From: Escherichia coli
GTDB lineage: Bacteria; Pseudomonadota; Gammaproteobacteria; Enterobacterales; Enterobacteriaceae
Length of the DNA stretch: 64,000 bases
Assembly: GCF_048403405.1 (NCBI RefSeq)
Contig: NZ_CP183129.1
Direction: 5' to 3' (one strand)
Of this stretch, positions 20,744 to 33,778 are shown piece after piece (the first letter of the stretch is position 1; every line of letters starts with the position of its first letter). Under the pieces are notes generated by a model, which had not been told where the DNA came from, did not search any database, and was given only the letters and a program-made list of their open reading frames with translations. The translations under genes were made by a program, and so were the position numbers.

Positions 20744-22282
20744 ATGGCTTTTGCCTCATTAATTGAACGCCAGCGCATTCGCCTGCTGCTGGCGTTATTA
20801 TTCGGTGCCTGCGGAACGCTGGCCTTCTCTCCTTACGACGTCTGGTCTGCGGCGATTATTTCGCTGATGGGGCTTCAGGCGCTGACCTTTAACCGCCGTC
20901 CACTCCAGTCTGCCGCTATTGGCTTTTGCTGGGGATTTGGCCTCTTTGGCAGCGGTATTAACTGGGTCTATGTCAGCATCGCGACTTTTGGCGGAATGCC
21001 TGGCCCGGTTAACATCTTCCTGGTGGTACTGCTGGCGGCGTATTTGTCGCTGTATACCGGATTATTTGCTGGCGTGCTGTCGCGTCTGTGGCCGAAAACC
21101 ACCTGGCTGCGCGTGGCGATTGCCGCCCCTGCTCTCTGGCAAGTGACCGAGTTTCTGCGCGGTTGGGTGCTGACTGGTTTCCCGTGGTTACAGTTCGGCT
21201 ATAGCCAGATTGATGGCCCGTTAAAAGGGCTGGCACCGATAATGGGCGTGGAAGCCATTAACTTCCTGCTAATGATGGTTAGCGGCCTGCTGGCACTGGC
21301 GTTGGTCAAACGCAACTGGCGTCCGATGGTGGTGGCCGTCGTGCTGTTCGCCCTTCCCTTCCCGCTGCGTTACATCCAGTGGTTTACCCCGCAACCGGAG
21401 AAAACCATTCAGGTTTCGATGGTTCAGGGCGATATTCCGCAATCGCTGAAGTGGGACGAAAGCCAGCTTCTTAATACGCTGAAAATTTATTACAACGCGA
21501 CGGCACCGCTGATGGGCAAATCGTCGCTGATTATCTGGCCGGAGTCGGCGATAACCGATCTGGAAATTAATCAGCAACCGTTCCTCAAAGCACTGGACGG
21601 TGAGTTGCGCGATAAAGGTAGCTCGCTGGTCACCGGGATTGTCGACGCGCGTCTCAATAAGCAGAACCGCTACGATACCTACAACACCATCATCACGCTG
21701 GGGAAAGGTGCGCCGTACAGCTACGAATCAGCCGATCGCTATAACAAAAACCATCTGGTGCCGTTTGGCGAGTTTGTCCCGCTGGAGTCGATTCTGCGTC
21801 CGTTAGCGCCGTTCTTTGATCTGCCGATGTCGTCGTTCAGCCGTGGGCCATATATCCAGCCGCTGCTGTCGGTAAACGGTATTGAGCTTACTGCGGCTAT
21901 TTGCTACGAGATCATTCTTGGCGAGCAAGTGCGTGATAACTTCCGCCCGGATACCGACTACCTGCTGACTATCTCCAACGATGCGTGGTTTGGTAAATCT
22001 ATTGGTCCATGGCAACACTTCCAGATGGCGCGAATGCGTGCGCTGGAGTTGGCGCGCCCGCTACTGCGCAGCACCAATAACGGCATTACGGCGGTGATTG
22101 GCCCGCAGGGTGAGATTCAGGCGATGATCCCGCAATTCACCCGCGAAGTATTAACCACTAACGTGACGCCGACTACCGGACTCACACCGTACGCACGTAC
22201 CGGCAACTGGCCGCTGTGGGTACTGACGGCATTGTTTGGTTTTGCTGCTGTGCTGATGAGCCTGCGTCAACGACGTAAATAA
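20744..22282 (+). CDS. lnt: Apolipoprotein N-acyltransferase
   Basis: 512 aa; N-terminal membrane helices and C-terminal nitrilase-like domain. Confidence 0.93.
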   Translation: MAFASLIERQRIRLLLALLFGACGTLAFSPYDVWSAAIISLMGLQALTFNRRPLQSAAIGFCWGFGLFGSGINWVYVSIATFGGMPGPVNIFLVVLLAAYLSLYTGLFAGVLSRLWPKTTWLRVAIAAPALWQVTEFLRGWVLTGFPWLQFGYSQIDGPLKGLAPIMGVEAINFLLMMVSGLLALALVKRNWRPMVVAVVLFALPFPLRYIQWFTPQPEKTIQVSMVQGDIPQSLKWDESQLLNTLKIYYNATAPLMGKSSLIIWPESAITDLEINQQPFLKALDGELRDKGSSLVTGIVDARLNKQNRYDTYNTIITLGKGAPYSYESADRYNKNHLVPFGEFVPLESILRPLAPFFDLPMSSFSRGPYIQPLLSVNGIELTAAICYEIILGEQVRDNFRPDTDYLLTISNDAWFGKSIGPWQHFQMARMRALELARPLLRSTNNGITAVIGPQGEIQAMIPQFTREVLTTNVTPTTGLTPYARTGNWPLWVLTALFGFAAVLMSLRQRRK

Positions 22283-22327
22283 TCCCTTCTTATCGTGCCG
22301 GAATACATCCCGTATTTCGGCACGCTC

Positions 22328-22357
22328 ACCGGATGCGGCATCAGTGCGTTATCCGGA
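22328..22357. repeat. REP-like palindromic element (imperfect)
   Basis: ccGGATGCGGCatcagtGCGTTATCCGG resembles the E. coli REP consensus; sits in the lnt-gltI intergenic region. Confidence 0.4.
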
Positions 22358-22678
22358 TAACAAAATTCCCCTATCCAACTTTGGCACATCTATTGCTTTG
22401 TTATACAAGGCAAAGCTTGAACCAGCATCAGTACAACCCGGTTGCACCACAGCAATCCACGGGTAGCACCAAAAGAGTGCATTTTAAGAATTTTGCTTCG
22501 GAATGGTGCGGCGCATCTCGCAAAAACAAACAATAAAACAGCAATATCTTTACATTTAACCAAACTAAATGTTACCTAACAGGCACAACACTGCACAATA
22601 AAGTTGCAGACGATAACAACACAAACACTCACAACAGGTATCCATGCGTTCTTAACGCAGAAGATAAAGGAGTTGGAT

Positions 22679-23587
22679 ATGCAATTACGTAAACCTGCCA
22701 CAGCAATCCTCGCCCTGGCGCTTTCCGCAGGACTGGCACAGGCAGATGACGCCGCCCCGGCAGCGGGCAGTACGCTGGACAAAATCGCCAAAAACGGTGT
22801 GATTGTCGTCGGTCACCGTGAATCTTCAGTACCTTTCTCTTATTACGACAATCAGCAAAAAGTGGTGGGTTACTCGCAGGATTACTCCAACGCCATTGTT
22901 GAAGCAGTGAAAAAGAAACTCAACAAACCGGACTTGCAGGTGAAACTGATTCCGATCACCTCACAAAACCGTATTCCACTGCTGCAAAACGGCACTTTCG
23001 ATTTTGAATGTGGTTCCACCACCAATAACGTCGAACGCCAAAAACAGGCGGCTTTCTCTGACACTATTTTCGTGGTCGGTACGCGCCTGCTGACCAAAAA
23101 GGGCGGCGATATCAAAGATTTTGCCGACCTGAAAGACAAAGCCGTAGTCGTCACTTCCGGCACTACCTCTGAAGTTTTGCTCAACAAACTGAATGAAGAG
23201 CAAAAAATGAATATGCGCATCATCAGCGCCAAAGATCACGGTGACTCTTTCCGCACCCTGGAAAGCGGTCGTGCCGTTGCCTTTATGATGGATGATGCCC
23301 TGCTGGCCGGTGAACGTGCGAAAGCGAAGAAACCAGACAACTGGGAAATCGTCGGCAAGCCGCAGTCTCAGGAAGCCTACGGTTGTATGTTGCGTAAAGA
23401 TGATCCGCAGTTCAAAAAGCTGATGGATGACACCATCGCTCAGGTGCAGACCTCCGGTGAAGCGGAAAAATGGTTTGATAAATGGTTCAAAAATCCAATT
23501 CCGCCGAAAAACCTGAACATGAATTTCGAACTGTCAGACGAAATGAAAGCACTGTTCAAAGAACCGAATGACAAAGCACTGAACTAA
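22679..23587 (+). CDS. gltI: Glutamate/aspartate ABC transporter periplasmic binding protein
   Basis: 302 aa from MQLRKPATAILALA (signal peptide) with AAGGAG RBS; ORF-track N-terminal extension rejected. Confidence 0.93.
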   Translation: MQLRKPATAILALALSAGLAQADDAAPAAGSTLDKIAKNGVIVVGHRESSVPFSYYDNQQKVVGYSQDYSNAIVEAVKKKLNKPDLQVKLIPITSQNRIPLLQNGTFDFECGSTTNNVERQKQAAFSDTIFVVGTRLLTKKGGDIKDFADLKDKAVVVTSGTTSEVLLNKLNEEQKMNMRIISAKDHGDSFRTLESGRAVAFMMDDALLAGERAKAKKPDNWEIVGKPQSQEAYGCMLRKDDPQFKKLMDDTIAQVQTSGEAEKWFDKWFKNPIPPKNLNMNFELSDEMKALFKEPNDKALN

Positions 23588-23742
23588 TTACAAGAACCAG
23601 GGGCGGAAATTCCAGCCCTCTCGATTGTTACGTAGCACGGACAGACTATACGCCTGATGGTCGTTCCCCATCGGGCCTGAAAACCGCAATACGCTGGGTA
23701 ACAATCTTCGAGGGTAGCAGTTAACGCTGCTACCCTCTTTTT
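23588..23742 (+). ncRNA. sroC: SroC-type sRNA derived from the gltI-gltJ spacer (boundaries approximate)
   Basis: Established location of SroC in the gltI-gltJ intergenic region; terminator hairpin GGGTAGCAG-ttaac-GCTGCTACCC plus U-tract at 23711-23742. The 5' end is not determinable from sequence. Confidence 0.45.
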
Positions 23743-23756
23743 TCTGGAGTAGATTT

Positions 23757-24497
23757 ATGTCTATAGACTGGAACTGGGGTATTTTTTTACAACAAGCCCC
23801 GTTCGGCAACACCACCTATCTTGGTTGGATCTGGAGTGGTTTTCAGGTGACGATCGCTTTGTCGATCTGCGCCTGGATTATCGCTTTCCTCGTCGGTTCA
23901 TTTTTCGGCATTTTACGTACCGTTCCAAACCGTTTTCTCTCCGGTCTGGGTACGTTGTATGTCGAACTGTTCCGCAACGTGCCGTTGATTGTGCAATTCT
24001 TTACCTGGTATCTGGTGATCCCGGAGCTGCTGCCGGAGAAAATCGGCATGTGGTTTAAGGCCGAGCTGGATCCCAATATTCAGTTTTTCCTTTCATCCAT
24101 GCTCTGCCTGGGGCTGTTTACCGCCGCCCGTGTTTGCGAACAGGTACGCGCCGCGATCCAGTCGCTGCCGCGAGGGCAAAAAAATGCCGCGCTGGCGATG
24201 GGCCTGACGCTACCGCAGGCTTATCGATACGTACTGTTGCCTAATGCTTATCGCGTTATCGTCCCGCCGATGACCTCCGAGATGATGAACCTGGTGAAAA
24301 ACTCTGCCATCGCCTCGACTATTGGTCTGGTGGATATGGCGGCGCAGGCGGGTAAATTGCTTGATTACTCAGCCCACGCCTGGGAGTCGTTTACCGCCAT
24401 CACGCTGGCGTATGTATTGATTAACGCTTTTATCATGCTGGTGATGACGCTGGTTGAACGTAAAGTTCGCCTGCCTGGCAACATGGGGGGCAAATAA
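23757..24497 (+). CDS. gltJ: Glutamate/aspartate ABC transporter permease
   Basis: 246 aa; synteny. Confidence 0.92.
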
Positions 24498-25171
24498 TGT
24501 ACGAGTTTGACTGGAGTTCCATTGTCCCTTCCCTGCCATATCTGCTCGACGGGCTGGTGATCACGCTGAAAATCACCGTCACAGCAGTCGTGATTGGTAT
24601 TTTGTGGGGCACCATGCTGGCGGTGATGCGCTTGTCCAGCTTTGCGCCCGTAGCGTGGTTTGCCAAAGCCTACGTTAACGTATTCCGCTCGATTCCTTTA
24701 GTTATGGTTTTGCTGTGGTTTTACCTGATCGTGCCGGGTTTTCTGCAAAACGTACTGGGATTATCACCAAAAAATGACATCCGTTTAATTTCGGCGATGG
24801 TGGCGTTTTCGATGTTTGAAGCAGCCTACTATTCAGAGATTATCCGTGCCGGTATTCAAAGTATTTCCCGTGGTCAGTCGAGCGCCGCGCTGGCGTTGGG
24901 GATGACTCACTGGCAGTCGATGAAACTGATTATTCTGCCGCAGGCTTTCCGCGCGATGGTGCCGCTGCTGCTCACTCAGGGCATCGTACTGTTCCAGGAT
25001 ACCTCACTGGTGTATGTGTTATCTCTGGCCGATTTCTTCCGTACCGCTTCAACCATTGGTGAGCGTGATGGTACGCAGGTCGAGATGATCCTGTTTGCCG
25101 GATTTGTTTATTTCGTTATTAGCCTTAGCGCGTCGTTGTTGGTCAGCTACTTGAAAAGAAGGACAGCTTAA
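24497..25171 (+). CDS. gltK: Glutamate/aspartate ABC transporter permease
   Basis: 224 aa; start overlaps gltJ stop. Confidence 0.92.
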
Positions 25172-25896
25172 TGATTACCCTGAAAAATGTTTCAAAATGG
25201 TATGGTCACTTTCAGGTGCTGACCGACTGCTCAACCGAAGTGAAAAAAGGCGAAGTGGTGGTGGTTTGCGGCCCGTCTGGTTCCGGCAAATCAACGCTGA
25301 TTAAAACCGTCAACGGCCTCGAACCGGTGCAGCAAGGTGAAATTACCGTCGATGGCATCGTGGTTAACGATAAGAAAACCGATCTGGCAAAGCTGCGTTC
25401 CCGCGTCGGGATGGTGTTCCAGCATTTCGAGTTGTTCCCCCATTTGTCGATTATTGAAAACCTGACCCTGGCGCAGGTGAAAGTGCTTAAACGCGATAAA
25501 GCACCCGCTCGTGAAAAAGCATTGAAATTGCTGGAGCGCGTCGGGCTTTCCGCTCATGCCAATAAGTTTCCGGCGCAGCTTTCCGGCGGTCAGCAGCAGC
25601 GTGTGGCGATCGCTCGCGCATTGTGCATGGATCCTATCGCGATGCTGTTCGACGAACCGACATCGGCGCTGGATCCGGAGATGATCAACGAAGTGCTGGA
25701 CGTGATGGTGGAACTGGCGAACGAAGGAATGACCATGATGGTGGTGACCCACGAAATGGGCTTTGCCCGTAAAGTGGCGAATCGGGTGATCTTTATGGAC
25801 GAGGGTAAAATTGTCGAAGACTCGCCGAAAGACGCTTTCTTCGATGATCCGAAATCGGACCGCGCAAAAGACTTCCTCGCGAAAATCCTGCATTAA
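25171..25896 (+). CDS. gltL: Glutamate/aspartate ABC transporter ATP-binding protein
   Basis: 241 aa; Walker [10 protein letters not shown] and LSGGQQQR signature. Confidence 0.93.
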   Translation: MITLKNVSKWYGHFQVLTDCSTEVKKGEVVVVCGPSGSGKSTLIKTVNGLEPVQQGEITVDGIVVNDKKTDLAKLRSRVGMVFQHFELFPHLSIIENLTLAQVKVLKRDKAPAREKALKLLERVGLSAHANKFPAQLSGGQQQRVAIARALCMDPIAMLFDEPTSALDPEMINEVLDVMVELANEGMTMMVVTHEMGFARKVANRVIFMDEGKIVEDSPKDAFFDDPKSDRAKDFLAKILH

Positions 25897-26013
25897 TCAC
25901 TCTGGCGCGCATACCCAAGTGCGCGCCATCTCACGCTTTATCGTTTCACTCCTCGTATCTGTTACATCCTGGCGTTACCCTTGTCGCAAAGAAGCACACA
26001 ACAAGGAGCAACA

Positions 26014-26949
26014 ATGGCACTGCCAATTCTGTTAGATTGCGACCCAGGTCATGACGACGCTATCGCAATAGTTCTTGCCCTCGCCTCACCAGAGCTTGAT
26101 GTCAAAGCAATTACGTCTTCCGCCGGAAACCAGACTCCAGAAAAAACCTTACGCAATGTTCTGCGTATGCTGACCTTGCTTAATCGCACCGATATTCCGG
26201 TAGCAGGCGGCGCGGTAAAACCGTTAATGCGTGAGTTGATTATCGCGGACAATGTGCACGGCGAAAGCGGTCTCGACGGCCCGGCATTACCGGAACCGAC
26301 GTTCGCACCGCAAAACTGTACGGCGGTGGAGCTGATGGCGAAAACGCTGCGTGAAAGTGCGGAACCTGTCACGATTGTGTCTACCGGACCGCAAACTAAC
26401 GTTGCCTTGCTGCTCAATAGCCATCCGGAACTGCATAGCAAAATTGCCCGTATCGTGATTATGGGCGGCGCAATGGGGCTTGGTAACTGGACGCCAGCCG
26501 CCGAGTTTAATATTTATGTTGACCCGGAAGCGGCAGAAATTGTTTTCCAGTCAGGGATCCCGGTGGTGATGGCCGGTCTGGATGTTACTCACAAAGCACA
26601 AATTCACGTTGAGGACACCGAGCGTTTCCGCGCGATTGGCAACCCTGTTTCAACCATTGTTGCCGAACTGCTGGATTTCTTCCTCGAATATCATAAAGAC
26701 GAAAAATGGGGCTTTGTCGGCGCACCGCTGCATGACCCATGCACCATCGCCTGGCTGTTAAACCCGGAGTTGTTTACCACTGTTGAGCGCTGGGTTGGCG
26801 TGGAAACACAAGGGAAATATACCCAGGGTATGACGGTTGTTGATTATTATTATCTGACCGGCAATAAACCGAATGCTACTGTAATGGTCGATGTTGATCG
26901 TCAGGGCCTTGTTGATTTACTGGCTGATCGTCTGAAATTTTACGCTTAA
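26014..26949 (+). CDS. rihA: Pyrimidine-specific ribonucleoside hydrolase
   Basis: 311 aa from [15 protein letters not shown] (nucleoside hydrolase motif) with AAGGAG RBS. Confidence 0.92.
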   Translation: MALPILLDCDPGHDDAIAIVLALASPELDVKAITSSAGNQTPEKTLRNVLRMLTLLNRTDIPVAGGAVKPLMRELIIADNVHGESGLDGPALPEPTFAPQNCTAVELMAKTLRESAEPVTIVSTGPQTNVALLLNSHPELHSKIARIVIMGGAMGLGNWTPAAEFNIYVDPEAAEIVFQSGIPVVMAGLDVTHKAQIHVEDTERFRAIGNPVSTIVAELLDFFLEYHKDEKWGFVGAPLHDPCTIAWLLNPELFTTVERWVGVETQGKYTQGMTVVDYYYLTGNKPNATVMVDVDRQGLVDLLADRLKFYA

Positions 26950-26993
26950 TCACTCGCCGGATGACATCACGCCATCCGGCACCACTCATTTCA

Positions 26994-27476
26994 TTAAGGC
27001 TCGAACGGGCGTCTCTGGAACTGGTCATGACCACATTTCGGGCATAGCGTCAGCACTTCCGGTGTGTAGATCGGGAGATGGAAATGACATTTCTCGCAGA
27101 CCAGATTACCCAGCCCTACCACTTCTCCGCTGTGATAAACCCCGTGATGATTGAGGTCCTGGAAAACTTCGCGCCATTCAAGCTGCGTTTTATCGGTGAT
27201 GTCTGCCAGCTCCTGCCACAAGCTTTCTTTAATCACCCGCATAAAGACGCTGTCAGACTCTTCTTTCAGGCTCTCTTCATAGCTCATGGCGAACTCTTCC
27301 AGGTCACGTCTGACAGCTCGCGTCAGCTCATCGACTTCGGTTCGCGTTAACTCCCCTGTTTTTATTACGCGCTCGCGCGCCTGTTCCACCAGTGCGTCGA
27401 TATCACGTTCGCCATTGCGCAGGCGTTCGCTCAGTGACGCGACCAGTTCACGGTAATATTGAGCAACCTTGTTCAT
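26994..27476 (-). CDS. ybeL: DUF1451 zinc-ribbon protein YbeL
   Basis: 160 aa; C-terminal CxxC...CPKC pairs; convergent with rihA. Confidence 0.85.
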   Translation of the reverse strand: MNKVAQYYRELVASLSERLRNGERDIDALVEQARERVIKTGELTRTEVDELTRAVRRDLEEFAMSYEESLKEESDSVFMRVIKESLWQELADITDKTQLEWREVFQDLNHHGVYHSGEVVGLGNLVCEKCHFHLPIYTPEVLTLCPKCGHDQFQRRPFEP

Positions 27477-27710
27477 CGTTTCATCTCCCGGGTCGTTAAC
27501 TGACTATAATAATAGACGTTCTTTGTTCCTTGCTTTGCTAATACGCCCACAAACTCTGTAAATTAATGTATGAATAATCCGGGCATCATTTCAACGTCGA
27601 ATGCGCGAAAGGCTGTTTTGACGCGGACGTTTGGGCTATGCTATGCGGATCTGAAAAACCACCTCAACGCTACATTTGTAGCCGTATTGAAAACAGGACC
27701 ACTGGCTGCC

Positions 27711-30293
27711 ATGCAAGAGCAATACCGCCCGGAAGAGATAGAATCCAAAGTACAGCTTCATTGGGATGAGAAGCGCACATTTGAAGTAACCGAAGACGAG
27801 AGCAAAGAGAAGTATTACTGCCTGTCTATGCTTCCCTATCCTTCTGGTCGACTACACATGGGCCACGTACGTAACTACACCATTGGTGACGTGATCGCCC
27901 GCTACCAGCGTATGCTGGGCAAAAACGTCCTGCAGCCGATCGGCTGGGACGCGTTTGGTCTGCCTGCGGAAGGCGCGGCGGTGAAAAACAACACCGCACC
28001 GGCACCGTGGACGTACGACAACATCGCGTACATGAAAAACCAGCTCAAAATGCTGGGCTTTGGTTATGACTGGAGCCGCGAGCTGGCAACCTGTACACCG
28101 GAATACTACCGTTGGGAACAGAAATTCTTCACCGAGCTGTATAAAAAAGGCCTGGTATATAAGAAGACTTCTGCAGTCAACTGGTGCCCGAACGACCAGA
28201 CCGTACTGGCGAACGAACAAGTTATCGACGGCTGCTGCTGGCGCTGCGATACCAAAGTTGAGCGTAAAGAGATCCCGCAATGGTTTATCAAAATCACCGC
28301 TTACGCTGACGAGCTGCTTAACGATCTGGATAAACTGGATCACTGGCCAGACACCGTTAAAACCATGCAGCGTAACTGGATCGGTCGTTCCGAAGGCGTG
28401 GAAATCACCTTCAACGTTAACGACTATGACAACACGCTGACCGTTTACACTACCCGCCCGGACACCTTTATGGGTTGTACCTACCTGGCGGTAGCGGCAG
28501 GTCATCCGCTGGCGCAGAAAGCGGCGGAAAATAATCCTGAACTGGCGGCCTTTATTGACGAATGCCGTAACACCAAAGTTGCCGAAGCTGAAATGGCAAC
28601 GATGGAGAAAAAAGGCGTCGATACTGGCTTTAAAGCGGTTCACCCATTAACGGGCGAAGAAATTCCCGTTTGGGCAGCAAACTTCGTATTGATGGAGTAC
28701 GGCACGGGCGCAGTTATGGCGGTTCCGGGTCACGACCAGCGCGACTACGAGTTTGCCTCTAAATACGGCCTGAATATCAAACCGGTTATCCTGGCAGCTG
28801 ACGGCTCTGAGCCAGATCTTTCTCAGCAAGCCCTGACTGAAAAAGGCGTTCTGTTCAACTCTGGCGAGTTCAACGGTCTTGACCATGAAGCGGCCTTCAA
28901 CGCTATCGCCGATAAACTGACTGCGATGGGCGTTGGCGAGCGTAAAGTGAACTACCGCCTGCGCGACTGGGGTGTTTCCCGTCAACGTTACTGGGGCGCG
29001 CCGATTCCGATGGTGACGCTGGAAGACGGTACCGTAATGCCGACCCCGGACGACCAGCTGCCGGTGATCCTGCCGGAAGATGTGGTGATGGACGGTATTA
29101 CCAGCCCGATTAAAGCAGATCCGGAGTGGGCAAAAACTACCGTTAACGGTATGCCAGCGCTGCGTGAAACCGACACTTTCGACACCTTTATGGAGTCCTC
29201 CTGGTACTATGCGCGCTACACTTGCCCGGAGTACAAAGAAGGTATGCTGGATTCCAAAGCGGCTAACTACTGGCTGCCGGTGGATATCTACATTGGTGGT
29301 ATCGAACACGCCATTATGCACCTGCTCTACTTCCGCTTCTTCCACAAACTGATGCGTGATGCAGGCATGGTGAACTCTGACGAACCAGCGAAACAGTTAC
29401 TGTGTCAGGGTATGGTGCTGGCAGATGCCTTCTACTATGTTGGCGAAAACGGCGAACGTAACTGGGTTTCCCCGGTTGATGCTATCGTTGAACGTGACGA
29501 GAAAGGCCGTATCGTGAAAGCGAAAGATGCGGCAGGCCATGAACTGGTTTATACCGGCATGAGCAAAATGTCCAAGTCGAAGAACAACGGTATCGACCCG
29601 CAGGTGATGGTTGAACGTTACGGCGCGGACACCGTTCGTCTGTTTATGATGTTTGCTTCTCCGGCTGATATGACTCTCGAATGGCAGGAATCCGGCGTGG
29701 AAGGGGCTAACCGCTTCCTGAAACGTGTCTGGAAACTGGTTTACGAGCACACAGCGAAAGGTGATGTTGCGGCACTGAACGTTGATGCGCTGACTGAAGA
29801 TCAGAAAGCGCTGCGTCGCGATGTGCATAAAACGATCGCTAAAGTGACCGATGATATCGGCCGTCGTCAGACCTTCAACACCGCAATTGCGGCGATTATG
29901 GAGCTGATGAACAAACTGGCGAAAGCACCGACCGATGGCGAGCAGGACCGCGCCCTGATGCAGGAAGCGCTGCTGGCGGTAGTCCGTATGCTTAACCCGT
30001 TCACCCCGCACATCTGCTTCACGCTGTGGCAGGAACTGAAAGGCGAAGGCGATATCGACAACGCACCGTGGCCGGTTGCTGACGAAAAAGCGATGGTGGA
30101 AGACTCCACGCTGGTCGTGGTGCAGGTTAACGGTAAAGTCCGTGCAAAAATCACCGTTCCGGTGGACGCAACGGAAGAACAGGTTCGCGAACGTGCTGGC
30201 CAGGAACATCTGGTAGCAAAATATCTTGATGGCGTTACTGTACGTAAAGTGATTTACGTACCAGGTAAACTCCTCAATCTGGTCGTTGGCTAA
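27711..30293 (+). CDS. leuS: Leucyl-tRNA synthetase
   Basis: 860 aa from [11 protein letters not shown]; HMGH and KMSKS class I motifs; ORF-track N-terminal extension rejected. Confidence 0.95.
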   Translation: MQEQYRPEEIESKVQLHWDEKRTFEVTEDESKEKYYCLSMLPYPSGRLHMGHVRNYTIGDVIARYQRMLGKNVLQPIGWDAFGLPAEGAAVKNNTAPAPWTYDNIAYMKNQLKMLGFGYDWSRELATCTPEYYRWEQKFFTELYKKGLVYKKTSAVNWCPNDQTVLANEQVIDGCCWRCDTKVERKEIPQWFIKITAYADELLNDLDKLDHWPDTVKTMQRNWIGRSEGVEITFNVNDYDNTLTVYTTRPDTFMGCTYLAVAAGHPLAQKAAENNPELAAFIDECRNTKVAEAEMATMEKKGVDTGFKAVHPLTGEEIPVWAANFVLMEYGTGAVMAVPGHDQRDYEFASKYGLNIKPVILAADGSEPDLSQQALTEKGVLFNSGEFNGLDHEAAFNAIADKLTAMGVGERKVNYRLRDWGVSRQRYWGAPIPMVTLEDGTVMPTPDDQLPVILPEDVVMDGITSPIKADPEWAKTTVNGMPALRETDTFDTFMESSWYYARYTCPEYKEGMLDSKAANYWLPVDIYIGGIEHAIMHLLYFRFFHKLMRDAGMVNSDEPAKQLLCQGMVLADAFYYVGENGERNWVSPVDAIVERDEKGRIVKAKDAAGHELVYTGMSKMSKSKNNGIDPQVMVERYGADTVRLFMMFASPADMTLEWQESGVEGANRFLKRVWKLVYEHTAKGDVAALNVDALTEDQKALRRDVHKTIAKVTDDIGRRQTFNTAIAAIMELMNKLAKAPTDGEQDRALMQEALLAVVRMLNPFTPHICFTLWQELKGEGDIDNAPWPVADEKAMVEDSTLVVVQVNGKVRAKITVPVDATEEQVRERAGQEHLVAKYLDGVTVRKVIYVPGKLLNLVVG

Positions 30294-30307
30294 GCGCGGG
30301 AGGAAGC

Positions 30308-30889
30308 GTGCGATATCTGGCAACATTGTTGTTATCTCTGGCGGTGTTAATCACCGCCGGGTGTGGCTGGCATCTGCGTGATACCACGCAGGTTCCTTCC
30401 ACTATGAAGGTCATGATCCTGGACTCAGGCGATCCGAACGGGCCATTAAGCCGTGCGGTGCGTAACCAGTTACGTCTGAATGGTGTCGAGTTGCTTGATA
30501 AAGAAACCACGCGTAAGGACGTTCCATCCCTGCGTTTGGGTAAAGTGAGCATCGCGAAAGATACCGCATCGGTATTCCGTAACGGTCAAACAGCAGAGTA
30601 TCAGATGATCATGACGGTCAATGCGACCGTGTTGATCCCCGGCCGTGACATCTACCCGATTAGCGCCAAAGTCTTCCGTTCGTTCTTCGATAACCCGCAA
30701 ATGGCGTTAGCGAAAGATAACGAACAAGACATGATCGTAAAAGAGATGTACGACCGTGCTGCCGAACAGCTGATTCGTAAGCTGCCAAGCATCCGTGCTG
30801 CGGATATTCGTTCCGACGAAGAACAGACGTCGACCACAACGGATACTCCGGCAACGCCTGCACGCGTCTCTACCACGCTGGGTAACTGA
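30308..30889 (+). CDS. lptE: LPS assembly lipoprotein LptE
   Basis: 193 aa; GTG start; lipobox LITAGC. Confidence 0.9.
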
Positions 30890-31920
30890 TGATTCGGTTG
30901 TACCCGGAACAACTCCGCGCGCAGCTCAATGAAGGGCTGCGCGCGGCGTATCTTTTACTTGGTAACGATCCTCTGTTATTGCAGGAAAGCCAGGACGCTA
31001 TTCGTCAGGTAGCTGCGGTACAAGGATTCGAAGAACACCACACTTTTTCCATTGATCCCAACACTGACTGGAATGCGATCTTTTCGTTATGCCAGGCCAT
31101 GAGTCTGTTTGCCAGTCGACAAACGCTATTGCTGTTGTTATCAGAAAACGGACCGAATGCGGCGATTAATGAACAACTTCTCACACTCACCGGACTTCTG
31201 CATGACGACCTGCTGTTGATCGTCCGCGGCAATAAATTAAGCAAAGCGCAAGAAAATGCCGCCTGGTTTACTGCTCTTGCGAATCGCAGCGTGCAGGTGA
31301 CCTGTCAGACACCGGAGCAGGCTCAGCTTCCCCGTTGGGTTGCTGCGCGTGCAAAACAGCTCAACTTAGAACTGGATGACGCGGCGAATCAGGTGCTCTG
31401 CTACTGTTATGAAGGTAACCTGCTGGCGCTGGCTCAGGCACTGGAGCGTTTATCGCTACTCTGGCCAGACGGCAAACTGACATTACCTCGCGTTGAACAG
31501 GCGGTGAATGATGCCGCGCATTTCACCCCTTTTCATTGGGTTGATGCTTTGTTGATGGGAAAAAGTAAGCGCGCGTTGCATATTCTTCAGCAACTGCGTC
31601 TGGAAGGCAGCGAACCGGTTATTTTGTTGCGCACATTACAACGTGAACTGTTGTTACTGGTTAACCTGAAACGCCAGTCTGCCCATACGCCACTGCGTGC
31701 GTTGTTTGATAAGCATCGGGTATGGCAGAACCGCCGGGGCATGATGGGCGAGGCGTTAAATCGCTTAAGCCAGCCGCAGTTACGTCAGGCCGTGCAACTC
31801 CTGACACGAACGGAACTCACCCTCAAACAAGATTACGGTCAGTCAGTGTGGGCAGAGCTGGAAGGGTTATCTCTTCTGTTGTGCCATAAACCCCTGGCGG
31901 ACGTATTTATCGACGGTTGA
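30889..31920 (+). CDS. holA: DNA polymerase III delta subunit
   Basis: 343 aa; overlaps the lptE stop; synteny. Confidence 0.92.
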
Positions 31921-31921
31921 T

Positions 31922-32563
31922 ATGAAATCTTTACAGGCTCTGTTTGGTGGCACCTTTGATCCGGTGCACTATGGTCATCTTAAACCCGTGGAAACGCTGG
32001 CGAATTTGATTGGTCTGACGCGGGTCACAATCATCCCTAATAATGTTCCTCCGCATCGTCCCCAGCCGGAAGCGAACAGCGTACAGCGTAAACACATGCT
32101 TGAACTGGCGATTGCCGACAAGCCATTATTTACTCTTGATGAACGCGAGCTAAAGCGCAATGCCCCCTCTTACACTGCGCAAACACTGAAAGAGTGGCGG
32201 CAGGAACAAGGGCCGGACGTGCCGCTGGCGTTTATTATAGGTCAGGATTCACTGCTGACCTTTCCGACCTGGTACGAATACGAAACGATACTCGACAATG
32301 CACATTTGATCGTCTGTCGGCGTCCAGGTTACCCACTTGAAATGGCGCAACCGCAATACCAGCAATGGCTGGAAGATCATTTGACACATAACCCGGAAGA
32401 TCTTCACCTTCAGCCTGCCGGTAAAATTTATCTGGCTGAAACGCCGTGGTTTAACATCTCGGCGACCATTATCCGCGAACGTTTGCAAAACGGTGAATCG
32501 TGTGAGGATTTATTGCCGGAACCGGTACTGACTTACATTAACCAACAAGGCTTGTATCGCTGA
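31922..32563 (+). CDS. nadD: Nicotinate-mononucleotide adenylyltransferase
   Basis: 213 aa; [11 protein letters not shown] nucleotidyltransferase motif. Confidence 0.93.
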
Positions 32564-32586
32564 TACCTGTCGTTACGGAGGGCATG

Positions 32587-33198
32587 ATGCGACTGTGGTT
32601 AATTCGTCATGGTGAAACGCAAGCGAATATCGATGGTCTGTACAGCGGTCATGCTCCCACACCCCTGACTGCGCGCGGTATTGAGCAAGCGCAAAATCTG
32701 CATACGCTGCTACATGGTGTTTCCTTTGACCTGGTTTTATGCAGTGAACTGGAACGTGCACAGCATACCGCGCGACGGGTTCTCAGTGATCGCCAGCTTC
32801 CCGTGCAAATCATCCCTGAACTCAACGAAATGTTTTTTGGCGACTGGGAGATGCGACATCATCGCGACCTCATGCAAGAAGATGCCGAAAACTATAGCGC
32901 GTGGTGCAATGACTGGCAGCATGCTATCCCCACGAACGGTGAAGGATTTCAGGCATTTTCACAACGAGTGGAACGGTTTATCGCAAGGCTTAGTGAATTT
33001 CAGCACTATCAGAATATTTTAGTCGTCAGCCATCAGGGTGTACTGAGTCTGTTAATCGCCCGTTTAATTGGTATGCCTGCCGAAGCTATGTGGCATTTTC
33101 GCGTTGACCAGGGGTGTTGGAGCGCCATTGATATCAACCAAAAATTCGCGACGCTACGCGTCCTCAATAGCCGTGCCATCGGGGTCGAGAATGCATGA
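32587..33198 (+). CDS. cobC: Alpha-ribazole phosphatase (histidine phosphatase family)
   Basis: RHGET motif. Start chosen at the second ATG (203 aa); the ATG at 32584 is an alternative. Confidence 0.85.
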   Translation: MRLWLIRHGETQANIDGLYSGHAPTPLTARGIEQAQNLHTLLHGVSFDLVLCSELERAQHTARRVLSDRQLPVQIIPELNEMFFGDWEMRHHRDLMQEDAENYSAWCNDWQHAIPTNGEGFQAFSQRVERFIARLSEFQHYQNILVVSHQGVLSLLIARLIGMPAEAMWHFRVDQGCWSAIDINQKFATLRVLNSRAIGVENA

Positions 33199-33439
33199 CT
33201 TTTCTGTTTTTTTACGGGTAAGCCGCAACGACCATTGACAGCCCCGGGCAGGCTGATATTCTCCGCAGCCAGACTTTTTTCGCCAGACACGACTTTGTAG
33301 AAATTGTTTTACAAAAATGGCGATGCAATCTGCGGCGCGGGGTGGGATGATAGCCCACTTTCGAAAGCCGATTCGGCGACAATTGTCCCGAAATCGCCTC
33401 TGGTTCAGGTATACTGACAGACCATTTTTATCTATTTGA

Positions 33440-33775
<336 letters not shown>

Positions 33776-33778
33776 TGC

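Noticed and set aside
28647-30326. Minus-strand ORFs of 232, 263 and 309 aa inside leuS
   Set aside because: Antisense to leuS; spurious long frames in a long GC-balanced gene.
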